Below are positions 37,901 through 49,852 of a stretch of DNA of 64,000 bases, piece after piece; the stretch's first letter is position 1; each line of letters starts with the position of its first letter. The notes beneath the pieces are model-generated. The model saw only the letters and a program-made list of their open reading frames with translations. It did no database searches and was not told the DNA's origin. The stretch spans positions 370,636,001 to 370,700,000 of the forward strand of contig OZ024743.1 in NCBI GenBank assembly GCA_964016885.1. The letters are read 5' to 3'. The stretch is from Eledone cirrhosa (Eukaryota). The position numbers and the translations under genes are program-made.

Positions 37901-40767
37901 GCTAGACCTATCTATTTCCCTACAAAATACTCTATCTAGATATGATCTGGATAACCCTATGCGATTTGTCCAAGTCCACATTGGCACATTCGGGAAATCC
38001 AATCGGTACCTGTCAGACAGTTCAAAACGCCTGAGCAGGTTGGTGAGGCTCTTGCACCCTCCACCCCTATCCGCTAATCCCACACAATCCCAGCGTGCAT
38101 CTAAGATCCCGTTCCATTCGCCCACTAACACTAAAGAGCGGGACGTTCCAAGAAAGGTCTCCAGACGCCGGAAGAAACCAGTCCGCCCTGCTCCTGTCGG
38201 GGCATAGACGGCCACTTGCCTGAAAGCTTGCCCGTCTCCACTGGTCACGTCCAGCACCACCAACTTACCTTCTGGGTCCAGGAAGATGGCCCGTATGGCA
38301 AGATCCAAACCTCTCCGAAAAAGCACAGCAACTCCTCCCCCCTATCCAGGACGGCTGGGAGATGCGTACACATCGTAGCCGCCGAAGATCGGTGCGAAGG
38401 CCCGTGCTTCGGAGATTCTGGTCTCGCTGATGGCCACTACATCTATGTTTAGTGACCTGAGGTCGTTGAGCAGGTGACCCTGCTTCCATGACGACCCCAA
38501 GCCACGCGCATTTATGCTGCCTATTCTGAGTGAGGTCATGTTTAAAATAGAGTGGAAAAGATGGGAAAGACCACTTACCGTACTTTTGGTAGAGGAGGGA
38601 TGGTTTTTACATCCCTTTTCACTTGATCGTCTGGTGAAGGGACCGTTGAATCGTCCCTTCGGCTGGTCGTCGGCTCTTCTAAGAGAATGTCTGAGTATAC
38701 TCTTCGATTGATGGTTCCTCCTAGGTCCCTGAAATCACCAACTGCGTTGGGGAATTTCGTTTTAATGTTTGTGTATTGTTTCTGTGCTATTTTTAGCAGT
38801 CTTATGTTAGTTGGCGTTTTGATTGGTGCTGGTATTATGTAGTCCTGTTGTGAAATGTCTGTGTGTTCAATTATGTAAGTCATTAGTTTCTTGTGTGTAT
38901 TTATTGCCGTGCATTTGTTTTTCTGGGGGTGGGGTGTGGTTCTGCTATTTTCTTGTCGTTGTTGCTGGGTGTGTGTGTTTTGTTGTTGTGTTTGCGATGT
39001 TGGTGCTTGTGGTGGTGGTGTTGAAGGTGTTGAAGGTGTTGTTGGCGGTGGGGTTGTCGCCGGTGGTGATGGTGGTGCTAGTGTAGGTGGTGATGGTGTT
39101 GGTGGTGTTGCTGCTGTGAGTCTCTTTGCAGTAGCCTTTACCCTTTTTTCATTTCTTTCCTCCCTTTTCGAAGGCGACGATGCGCTTCTTCTGCGTTTGT
39201 GCCTTCTTACGACCTTTTTCCATCCCTCTTCCACCTCACACTCAATGTCTGATTCTGCGATGTCGAGGGGGGTACCAGCTCCACTCTTTCACTTGTTGTT
39301 GTTGGTGATGTTTGCACTGGAGTCTCTGTTGCAGCTGCAATTGGTATGGCTGTTGTTGTTGTTAATACTTCCACTGCTGCTGCTGTTTTTGATTTCCGTG
39401 GCGTGGGTATGGGTGCCACGGACCTATCGTTACTGGCGTTTTCCCTCAACATTTATGGGCAGTTGAGTGCCGTTATCGAAGTCTATCACATCCGGGATAG
39501 CTTCGATGCACTCCTGGTTGGTTTGGATTAACATCTCAATGGAGGTGCCGACCCAATCTTCTCTTACTTTTTTCTGTACTTGCATTACAGTTGTTTTGTC
39601 CTCGATTCCGACGAGGACAGACACGGCCAGCCAAGAAGGGGCCATTCCGGGGGGGGGGGGGGCGTGGGTCAGTTTGACCCTCACAATTTTTTGCCCGCAG
39701 TAGGAGGGCACCAACACCATTTCCTCGCTCCTTAGGGTCACTAAGGATTGAGCCTTTGCCTCCTGGGGTGTGGCAAAAAGTACGTCTACGGTGGCATATT
39801 TCTTGCCTCCGGTGATGTGCTGTTTCCGCTGCCACACAGACCCCAAAGCTTTTTGTATTTGAGCCTCTGTGGCTCTTTCAACCCTACGGGATTTTGTACT
39901 TACTGTACGGTACGTGACCGTACAGTGCTCTTGGGTTTCGAAAAAATTTTCGGCTGCCTTGCAATTTGCTCGGTGTCCAGTTTTTGTCACCATCTTCTTC
40001 GCTTCCTCTAATTCCTCATTTGTTATGAGGATGGTTTCCAGGTTCTTTGCGATACCTGCAAACGAGATTGGTTTTTCTTTGCTGCTGTTGTTGTTGTTGT
40101 CGTCAGAGCTGCTGTTACTTTTGTTGTTGCTGCACGTACTACGACTACTGCCGCCACCGCTGTTGCTGTGGTTGTTGTTGTTGTTGCTGCTGCTAATGCT
40201 GTTGTTGTTTATGCTGCTGCTGATGCTGTTGCGGCTGCTACTGTTGTTTTCCTTGTCACTGTTGCTGTTGTTATTACGGCTGCTACTGCTATTATTCCTG
40301 ACGTCAGACGAATGAAATGGGTTTTCGTATTTCCCGCACACCTGTTTCGTCGTTGTCGTCGTGGAGAAATCTTGCACGCTTTGCACGAGATTTTTCTTTT
40401 CTGTCGTCTCTTGCGAAAGAGAAGGGAGGGAGAGAGACACATTTAAAGAAGGGAGGGAGAGAGAATCTTCTCTCTGCTGTAGTGACGATTGAGGAAGAAG
40501 AAGACGGAATGAGTGGGAGTGACCTATGAAAATTCTTTTTCGTAGCCATGTTGTTTTTTTTTTGTTTAAAATAAATATTGGGCACAAAACCCCAATAAGC
40601 GGTTATTTAACCCCGAAGGGCCAAATAACGGGCAGAAAGACCCCTCTCACGAGGAGGAGGGTGTTTTTGTCTACAAGTTGGTTAAAGTTTTAAACAATTT
40701 ACAATTGTTATAGCGGTCAAAATTTACAATACCTTACAGACCCGAGCCTCCGTCAACCATAGCATTC
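34976..40767 (-). mobile_element. L1/Tx1 family A full-length decayed copy
   Basis: ORF1 pieces at 40587-38575; APE, RT (KSPGLDG, LDQSKAFD, RQGCPLS, AYADD) and C-terminal CPRC..H...C; AATAAA and (ATT)n tail; (ATT)9 upstream. Confidence 0.92.
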
Positions 40768-40950
40768 AATAATAATAATAATAATAATAATAATGAAATA
40801 TTGTGTACAGTGCCCAAGTGCACCACAACTCATCAAAAAGTGCATGTACAGTACATAGGGCAATGCACAAACATCAGGAAAATGAACAGTGCACGAGTCA
40901 TGATACACACATGTGTGCATGTGTATGGAAGGGGTACATAAGGTGTAGTT

Positions 40951-43736
40951 TTGGCGTATTTCAATGACAATAACAACAGCCACAACAACAATAATAGTAG
41001 GAACAGTATCAACAAAACAACAATAATAACAACAGCCACAATAACAGTAACAACAACAACATCAACAACTGTACCAACGAAAACATCAACAATGACATCG
41101 ATACCTGTAACAGCGATCTCAGCACCACCAGTAAGACCAGTAGCGGCACCAATAGTGGTGGTGCTGAAAAAGGGTCCACTTCTTTTGCAGGTGTCGCCCG
41201 AAATATCGAGACAGTGTTAGTCACAGAGGAGGAGATGGCATTCGCAAGGGCCATGGTGACAAGAAGCGCCAATAGAGTCTCCATGAAACCTCCACCCGAT
41301 TTTTTCAAGGACCAGCAGCTACGGACGGTGACTTACCGCACCGTAAGCAAAATCTCACATCGGGTGGAGAGAGCCACGGAGGCTCAAATCCAAAAGGCCT
41401 TGGGGTGCGTCTGGGCACGCAAAACCCACATCACCCGAGGCAGAAAGTACTCCACAGTAGACGTACTTTTCGCCCCCCCCCCCCCCAGGAAGGGAAGTCT
41501 CACTCTTTGGAAACCCTAAAGAGTGAGGAGATAGTCTTGGTGCCCTCCTACTGCGGGCAGAAAATTGTGAGGGTCAAAGTGACCCAGGTCCCACCCGACG
41601 TGCCCATACCTTGGCTGGCCGCGTCTGTCCTTGCTGGAATCGAGGACAGGACGACCATGCTGCAAGTAGAGAAAATAGGCAGAGAGAACTGGTCAGGTAT
41701 AGGCATGCAAATGCTTATACAAACTGACCAAGAATGTATCTACGCTATCCCCGATATCATAGACATCGAGGAAGGACTCCAACTCCCTATAAGCGTAGAA
41801 GGAAGACGGCCAAAATGTTATCTCTGTGGGTCGAAGAGTCATTTCAGGGCCTTTTGCCCGCAGAAGACAGTGAAGAAGAAGGCCCCGCTCCTTCCAATAC
41901 CGAGTCCGCTGCTACCAAGAGCAGGGCAAGAAACAAACGCAGAAGCCCATTCCACGGCGAGTAGGAGGGCAACGTCCGTGGCACCCGTACCAAGGCCACG
42001 GACAACTAAAGCAACAACATCAGTGGCGGCAACACCAATAGCTACATTTGAAGTAGCTACACCAGCAACAAAATTGCCGAAGAGGGGTCCACTACCACCA
42101 CCAACAGCCGTGGAGCACATACCCCTCCCAGACGCCACGGAATCCGACATGGAGTTTGAGGCGGGAGTGAAGTGGCAAACGGTCTGCCACAAAAAACCAA
42201 AAAACAAAAAACCCTTAGATTCACCCTCCAAAAGCGAAGGCACACAAAGAGGGGTAAAGGCAGCAAGGAAACTTGCAGCAACACCACCACCATCACCACC
42301 ACAAGCACCACCGCCAACAACAACCACACCACCACCAGCATCACCAAAAACACCAACAACGCAAACAAAAGAAAACACACACACCAAACAGCAATAAGAA
42401 GAAAACAGCAACAAAATCACCCCTCCCCCCAAAAAGTACACATGGCAAAAAAAGAACTCATACAATATATAAAGCAGCACACAGAGATCACAGAAAAAAA
42501 CTACTACGCCCCACCAACACCAGTTGGAGACTTCAGAGAGTCGGTTACCAAGAGGATATACACTGACATCCTCTTGGAAACACCCATGACCAGCCAAAGG
42601 GACGGTTCTACTGTCCCTTCACCACACGATCAAGGCAAGTGACCCTTTCTCACTTGCCCCGTTTCTCATCCAACATGGCCGTACTCAGAATAGGCAGTAT
42701 AAATGCACATGGCCTGGGGTCATCTTGGAAGCAGGGTCACCTGCTCAACGACCTCAGGTCACTAAACATAGATGTGGTGGCCATCAGTGAGACCAGAATC
42801 TCCGAAGCACAAGCCTCCGCACCGATCTTCCTTCGGCGGCTACGATGTATACGCACACCCAGCCGTCCAGGATCGGGGGGAGGGGTTGCCGTCCTTTTTC
42901 GGAGAGGCTGGGATCTCGCCATACGAGCCATCTTCCTAGACCCAGAAGGTAAGTCGGTGGTGCTGGACGTGACCGGCAGCGAAGGCAATGCTTTCAGGCT
43001 AATAGCCGTCTACGCCCCAACAGGGGAAGGACGGCCAGATTTCTTCAGACGTCTAGAGACCTTTCTTGGAAACCGTCGTGCACGCACTCGTTCAGTGCCC
43101 GAGCATTGCTGACTTGTGGAGCTATGTCGAACAGTTGCTGTCGCGTGTAGGACTGATCCGGTTATCGACTGAGTCCATTGTGCAGATGGTCTCGCCGTAT
43201 TCCTTCGAGGAGGAAGGGCAGGCGGTTTTAATCTGCCTGGTGGCCATGGCGAAAGAGATTGTGTGGTGGACAAGGTTGAAAGGGTTAAAGACAGACACTT
43301 TCCTCTTCGGCGAATCCCTAATTAACTTTTTCAAGTTTCACTTGAAGAAGAAAATCAGGGTGGAGAGGCAAGTGCTGCCTTCTAGCAAGTTTGTTGAAAG
43401 GTGGGTGAATGTAGCGAGAATGGTCCGAGTGAACGGGGCCGCTCTGAATATACGTCTGTAGTTTGAGAGAGGGCGCTTGCCTAGGTAGTCAGGGTGGCCG
43501 TGGTCTTTTGTGTTATTTTCGCCACGAGTAACCCTCGGAGGTTTCCCCCCTATTGGGGAATTTTTCATTGTTTCAATTTTCATTTTAATGTTTATATATA
43601 TATATGTTTCTATGTCTTTTTTTCTTTTCTTATATAAATAATAAAAATATTTACACGCACAAAACTCAAATCGTACCGTCCTGTGCCGTCTGTAATGTTT
43701 GTCTTGATGTCAGCCCTTGTGGCCAATAAAGAAATC
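40951..43736 (+). mobile_element. L1/Tx1 family D copy, 5'-truncated, RT deleted
   Basis: ORF1 with CYLCGSKSHFRAFC; APE start joined at ~43070 to ETVVHALVQC; AATAAA and (ATT)n. Confidence 0.88.
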
Positions 43737-43760
43737 ATTATTATTATTATTATTATAATT

Positions 43761-44196
43761 ACAGCTGCATTTATCTTGCTTTATGTTCATACGAGTTATC
43801 ACCAAGTCACAACCAGTGACCTCAAGAGACAACAAGGTCCGCCATGTTCAAGAAAGAACATACATACTCACCCGGGTGACGGCCGATCCGGTATGAGATT
43901 TTATCGTTAGACATTTACTTTATTTTGTCGCGTTTTATCCTTATCCGCCAAGGGGTAATCATTTCGTGTTACCACTTCTAGGACGAGTGTCAACCAAGAC
44001 TAGAGGGGTCGTCCTCCCCTAGAGACACGGCTATTCTCCGCCGGCCGCCATCCCGGTATTTCTTGGTCACGGGGTTTTCTTTTTTGTTGTTTTTTAAATT
44101 GTTATTATCATGAGTAGTTCCTTAATGTGAGCATTGCGTGGCTTAAGAATGAAATTATTAATAATATGATATACTTTTTGCTGAAGTTGCCTGTTA

Positions 44197-44198
<2 letters not shown>
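43761..44198 (-). mobile_element. Short internally deleted derivative of the adjacent R4/Dong-like element
   Basis: 43761-43871 matches 44381-44491; 43870-44198 matches 48133-48519 without the SINE insert. Confidence 0.88.
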
Positions 44199-44246
<48 letters not shown>

Positions 44247-44247
<1 letters not shown>

Positions 44248-44359
44248 TGAGTTCAAATTCCGCCGAGGTTGACTTTGCCTTTCATCCTTACGGGGTCGAT
44301 AAAATAAAGTACCAGTAATGCACTGGGTATTTGCTGGCCTTGTGCCTAAAGTAGAAACA
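44247..44359 (+). mobile_element. 5'-truncated SINE between (ATT)n tracts
   Basis: B box, core and tail. Confidence 0.88.
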
Positions 44360-44380
44360 ATTATTATTATTATTATTATT

Positions 44381-47300
44381 ACAGTTGCATTTATCTTGCT
44401 TTATGTTCATACGAGTTATCACCAAGTCACAACCAGTGACCTCAAGAGACAACAAGGTCCGCCATGTTCAAGAAAGAACATACATACTCACACATGCATC
44501 TTTAGTGTTTAGACTTGTGATGTACTTATATTGACAGAATCTTCCTTAGTATATGGGCAGTTCCCATTAGTACTATCTTTTGTATTTCTCCTATACGCGG
44601 GTTTCCTGGGATTTGCGATAAGTAATCATTAGACCCCTTAGGTATCATTCCTAGAGCGCCTACAACCACTGGTATTGTTTTAGTTCTCAATTTCCACATT
44701 TTTCCAATTTCTATCTCCAGGTCCTTATACTTGCTCAATTTTTCAAATGTTTTTATAGATACATTCTTGTCTATTGGAACAGACATATCAATTAGCTCGC
44801 ATACCCTCTTTTTAAAGTCCTTCAATATTATATCAGGTCTATTTGCATCTATTTTTCGGTCTGTTTGGATGCTAAAGTTCCACAAGATTGAGATGTGATC
44901 TTTTTCAAGTATGGGAGGTGGTTGATGCTCCCACCAATTCTTTTGATGGGGCAGCTCAAAATGCTTACACATTATCCAATGTATGTATTGTGCAGCTCTG
45001 TCATGCCTGTTTAGGTATTCGGTTGGAGCTATAGGACTGCACATTGAAATTATATGGTCAATGGTCTCTGGTTGTTTTTTGAATACACGGCATAATGGGC
45101 TGCATCCATTTTTTATTATGTTGGCTTGGTAATTTTTTGTTGGCAGACACTGATCTTGTGCTGATATAATCAGTCCTTCAGTCTCCGATTTCAGTCCAGA
45201 GGATGCCAACCACTGATGGGTTAAAGTTTTGTCAACATCAGGATTGTTAGCTCGCTCTGGGTATTTTCCATACAGAGGCTTTTCTTGCCATTTCTTAGCC
45301 AGTTTCTGTAGCAGTTCTTTCTTTGCAGTTACTTTTACCTGCTTTGCTTTTTCTGTGTTTTCCATTTCAGCAGTAAATGGGACTTCTGAAATTTGTAGTC
45401 CATTACTGTATATTTGTGCATCTTTTGTAATGGAATATGATCTTTTGATGCTTTCGTGTTTCAAAACGAGTTTGATCATCCAATCATGTGATTCCCTTAG
45501 ATATGTAGATAATCCAATTGTTGCAGTTTTCAACGCAATGTCTAACTGGATTAACCCACGTCCTCCTTCTTTCCTAGGGAGATATATTCTATCTATATCT
45601 GCCTTAGGGTGATGCATTCTGTGCATGGTTCAGAATTTTCGAATTTTTGTATCGAGCCTACGGATCTCTGTGCTTGACCAGTTGATGACATTGTAACTGT
45701 AGGTTACTACTGGTATGGCAAGCGTGTTTATGGCATCGATCCTATTCCTTGCATTCTATTCCGTTCTTAAGATTTCTCTTACTCTGCGGTAACATTCCTT
45801 CCTTATCCTTTCCCTCATTGTCGAGTGCTTGATTCCGTCTCCTTCACAAACACCTAGATATTTGTAAGTTTTTTCTTGATCAAGTTCTCTTATCACGTTC
45901 CCCCGATCAAGATTAATGTCTGAACTCTTCAGCAGCTTTCCTCTGGTGAACGTTGCTTTGGCGCATTTATCTAGTCCAAACTCCATTTTAATGTCATCAC
46001 TGAACTGCTCCACAGTGGATAATAGCCCTTGCAATTGTTCATCATTTTTTGCAAATAGTTTCAGGTCATCCATGTAGAACAACTGATTAATGGTTTTGTC
46101 ATAGACTTTATATCCATGTTTTGTTTCATTGAGCATTTTACTTAATGGTATAAGTGCGATGCAGAATAAAAGCGGTGATAAAGAGTCACTCTGAAAAATT
46201 CCACAATTAATATTAACTTCTCCAGCTTCCAGTGATTTTGTTTCACTATTCAAAAGGAGTGTCGTTTTCCATGTCTTCATACTGAATGACAAAAAGCTCC
46301 TGACAACGGAGGATATTTTGAAAATCTCTAAACATTTTTCAATCCAACTGTGTGGCAAACTATCGAATGCTTTTTTATAATCTATCCAAGCAATCGATAG
46401 ATTTTTGTGTCTATTATGACAATCTTCCAGTATCATTTTGTTAACCAAAAGCTGATCCTTACAGCCATATGAGCCTCGTTTACACCCTTTCTGCTCAATG
46501 GGAAATAGGTCATTTGTTATCAGGTGGTCATATGTGTATTCAGTTAGGACTGATGTTAAAATTTTATACATTGTGGTCAAGCAAGTTATCGGTCTGTAAT
46601 TTTTGGGATTGTTTGTCTCATCATTCTTCGGAAGCAGGAATGTAATGCCGTTAACTAGCCATGATGGTATCTTTTCTGGCTCCTTAACTATTTCATTGTA
46701 AAGTTGGGCTAACAGCTCATGAGTCTCTGTGAAGGCATTTATCCAAAAGTTTTGTATTTTGTCTTTTCCTGGGGATTTCCATTTGCTGGTTTTTCTTAGA
46801 GCCAAGCGCAACTGTTCAACTGTTATATTTTCCCATATTTGTTCCTCAAGGTGAGCTGTATCTTTCATTTGTCTGTCTATCCATGGGGCATGTATGCTAT
46901 GAATTTTTTCTTCGGCCCAGATCTTTTCCCAGAATTCTTGCACTTCCTCCTTGGGTGGTATTGATTTAGCAGTTATTGTTGTCTTACCAATTTTTATGTA
47001 GAAGTTTCTTTGGTTGTTTTTGAACATATTATTGTCCTTATAGAATCTAGATCGTTTTTCAAAGCGCCTTATACGAGCAGCTTTGGCCGACACTTTTTGC
47101 TTGATTATTTCTATCAGCATGTCTATGTCACTTGTTGATTTTATATTGTACTTTCTTTTCAATTTTCTAAGTTTAGTTTGTTTAACATGTTCACCTACTT
47201 TATAGTTTGTTAAAATTTCTATATCAGATCGGAGGAGGTTTATTTGGCGATTGATGTTCTCTTGCCAAGTAGATTTCTTGTGGGAATTCCTTTGTTTTTT

Positions 47301-48420
47301 CATCTTCACTCCACATAAGTGAGTGGTGACTTTAGCCGATGCATAATAGAGATGATTTAAATCAGTAATGTTTATTTTGTTTGTGATGATAATGTTTTTG
47401 AGAATTATGTTAGTCTTGTGTATTATCTTTTGGTTCTGTTTGGAGTTCTGGATCTTAGGGAGGGTGTCTCGTTGCCCCATGTCAGATTCTTTCATTTTCA
47501 TCCATTCGATCATAATTTCATCCTTCAAGTTGGCAAGTTCATTCTCATTCATTTCTTTATCATTTACGATCTCATTATTTTCATTTGGTGTTTCATCTTT
47601 TGCATGCACTCCCTCCACTTTTTCGATCCTTTCTTTAATTTGTTCTGTTGCCAGTGATTCCGCCCCAACCCTGGGATTCGAAGTGTTACAATTTACCTCG
47701 TTTTCACTGACACATGTTTCATTTTCCCTTCGCTGACTTTGTGCTAATAGCTTGATCTGATCAATTTCTATATCAGTTAGTAACTTTTTATTTTACAATA
47801 TTTCTTCGTATATTGGCTAGTTTGTTACTGTCAATATAGCCTCTGTTTTCGGGATGTTTCTTTTTCCAGTTGATATATGTCTGTTCTGTATTCGATGTAT
47901 TTGATGAGTAGTACATGGCAGTGTAGAAAGCCTCAAGGACTTCTTTATTATCTTCCCTTGACCATTTTTCTCTCTTTTTCTTTGGATTTCTTGGTGGTGA
48001 GCATGGAGGGCCAACAGTAGGAGTATTCCGGTTATGGGAGGTCTCCAGCTCCGAAGTGATGGGAAGGTTTGAACCATTAGCTGATTTTTCGACCCCAGTC
48101 AGGTTCCTCTCTGAGGGACGCGGCCCTTTTTGACCCGGGTGACGGGGCCGATCCGGTATGAGATTTTATCATTAGACATTTACTTTATTTTGTCGCGTTT
48201 TAGCCTTATCCGCCAAGGGGTAATCATTTCGTGTTACCACTTCTAGAACGAATGTCAACCAAGACTAGAGGGGTAGTTCTCCCCTAGAGACACGGCTATT
48301 CCTCGCCGGCCGCCATCCCGGTATTTCTTGGTCACGGGGTTTTCTTTTTGTTGTTTTTTTTAAATTGTTATTATCATGAGTGGTTCCTTAATCTGAGCAT
48401 TGCGTGGCTTAAGAATGAAA
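44381..48420 (-). mobile_element. Near-intact R4/Dong-like LINE (second family)
   Basis: ORFs 47618-45756 (RT: YRPITCL, WIDYKKAFD, FYMDDLK) and 45626-44526 (ETIDHIISMC, RHD, RPDII..LIDMSVP); (TAA)n tail in its own sense. Confidence 0.92.
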
Positions 48421-48430
48421 TTATTAATAA

Positions 48431-48476
48431 TTGTCTCCACTCCAGGCACAAGGCCAGCAATCACCCAGTGCATTAC
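48431..48476 (-). mobile_element. SINE 3'-tip insertion
   Basis: Reverse complement of GTAATGCACTGGGT.ATTGCTGGCCTTGTGCC; flanked by AATAAT; absent from the paralogous site at 44160. Confidence 0.7.
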
Positions 48477-49242
48477 AATAATATAATATACTTTTTGCTG
48501 AAGTTGCCTGTTATTGTTGTTGGCTATGTCGGTGGTGGTGCTGGGGCTTTTTATATTGTTGGTGAGGAAGTGGGGAGCCAGCAGTGCCATAGTTGCTGAC
48601 GTTTGGCCGGTGGCCAGGTCATTAAGTCAATCTATTTATATCTTTTGCTCGCCTCTCCCTTGTCTAGTGATACCGCCACCTTCCCCTTTCTTAAGTTAAC
48701 AGGGGAATAGTGGTGGTAGCAATGAAGGAGTGGTGGCGGCGGTGATGGGATAGTGGTAGCAATGATGGATGGAGTGGTGGCGGCGGTGGCGTTGTCGTTA
48801 CTGAGTTTTGTGATATGTAGTATCTATGAGTTTGTGTCGCGTATGTTTAATATATATTGTGTTGACATATTCCCGTAAAATTGGAATTAAACATTTTGTT
48901 AAAACTTGAGACAATAATAATAGTAATTATTATTATGATGCTGGGATTGGTGGTGGTGGTGGTGAAATTGCCGTTATCTGGCTGTTATATTTAGTGTGAT
49001 GGGGTAGGTGGTGTATCAAGTTTCTGGTGTTGGTGAAATTGCTGTTATTTGGCTGTTCTATATAGTGTAGACAGAGGGTGTTTTCTTCCATTTATAACCA
49101 TTTTCTTTTTTGAATACAAAATATATAATACAAAATTGAATATTTGATTTAAATATGTTAAAAATCAAAAACTTACGGGAGCGATTTCATGACCTTCTAC
49201 CACCACGTGCGTCTTCTTCCCTTATTCTTCTTCTTCTTCTTC

Positions 49243-49289
<47 letters not shown>

Positions 49290-49292
<3 letters not shown>

Positions 49293-49851
49293 GTTGCATT
49301 TATCTTGCTTTATGGTCATACGAGTTATCACCAAGTCACAACCAGTGACCTCAAGAGACAACAAGGTCCGCCATGTTCAAGAAAGAACATACATACTCAC
49401 ACATGCATCTTTAGTGTTTAGACTTGTGATGTACTTATATTGACAGAATCTTCCTTAGTATATGGGCAGTTCCCATTAGTACTATCTTTTGTATTTCTCC
49501 TATACGCGGGTTTCCTGGGATTTGCGATAAGTAATCATTAGACCCCTTAGGTATCATTCCTAGAGCGCCTACAACCACTGGTATTGTTTTAGTTCTCAAT
49601 TTCCACATTTTTCCAATTTCTATCTCCAGGTCCTTATACTTGCTCAATTTCTCAAATGTTTTTATAGATACATTCTTGTCTATTGGAACAAACATATCAA
49701 TTAGCAGGCATACCCTCTTTTTAAAGTCCTTCAATATTATATCAGGTCTATTTGCATCTATTTTTCGGTCTGTTTGGATGCTAAAGTTCCACAAGATTGA
49801 GATGTGATCTTTTTCAAGTATGGGAGGTGGTTGATGCTCCCACCAATTCTT
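49290..49851 (-). mobile_element. 5'-truncated copy of the R4/Dong-like element
   Basis: Near-identical to 44381-44941; abuts (ATT)n. Confidence 0.92.
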
Positions 49852-49852
49852 G

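Noticed and set aside
43060-43080. The ~2.6-kb RT deletion as a retrotransposed splice product
   Set aside because: The junction has a GAA microhomology and no GT-AG boundaries
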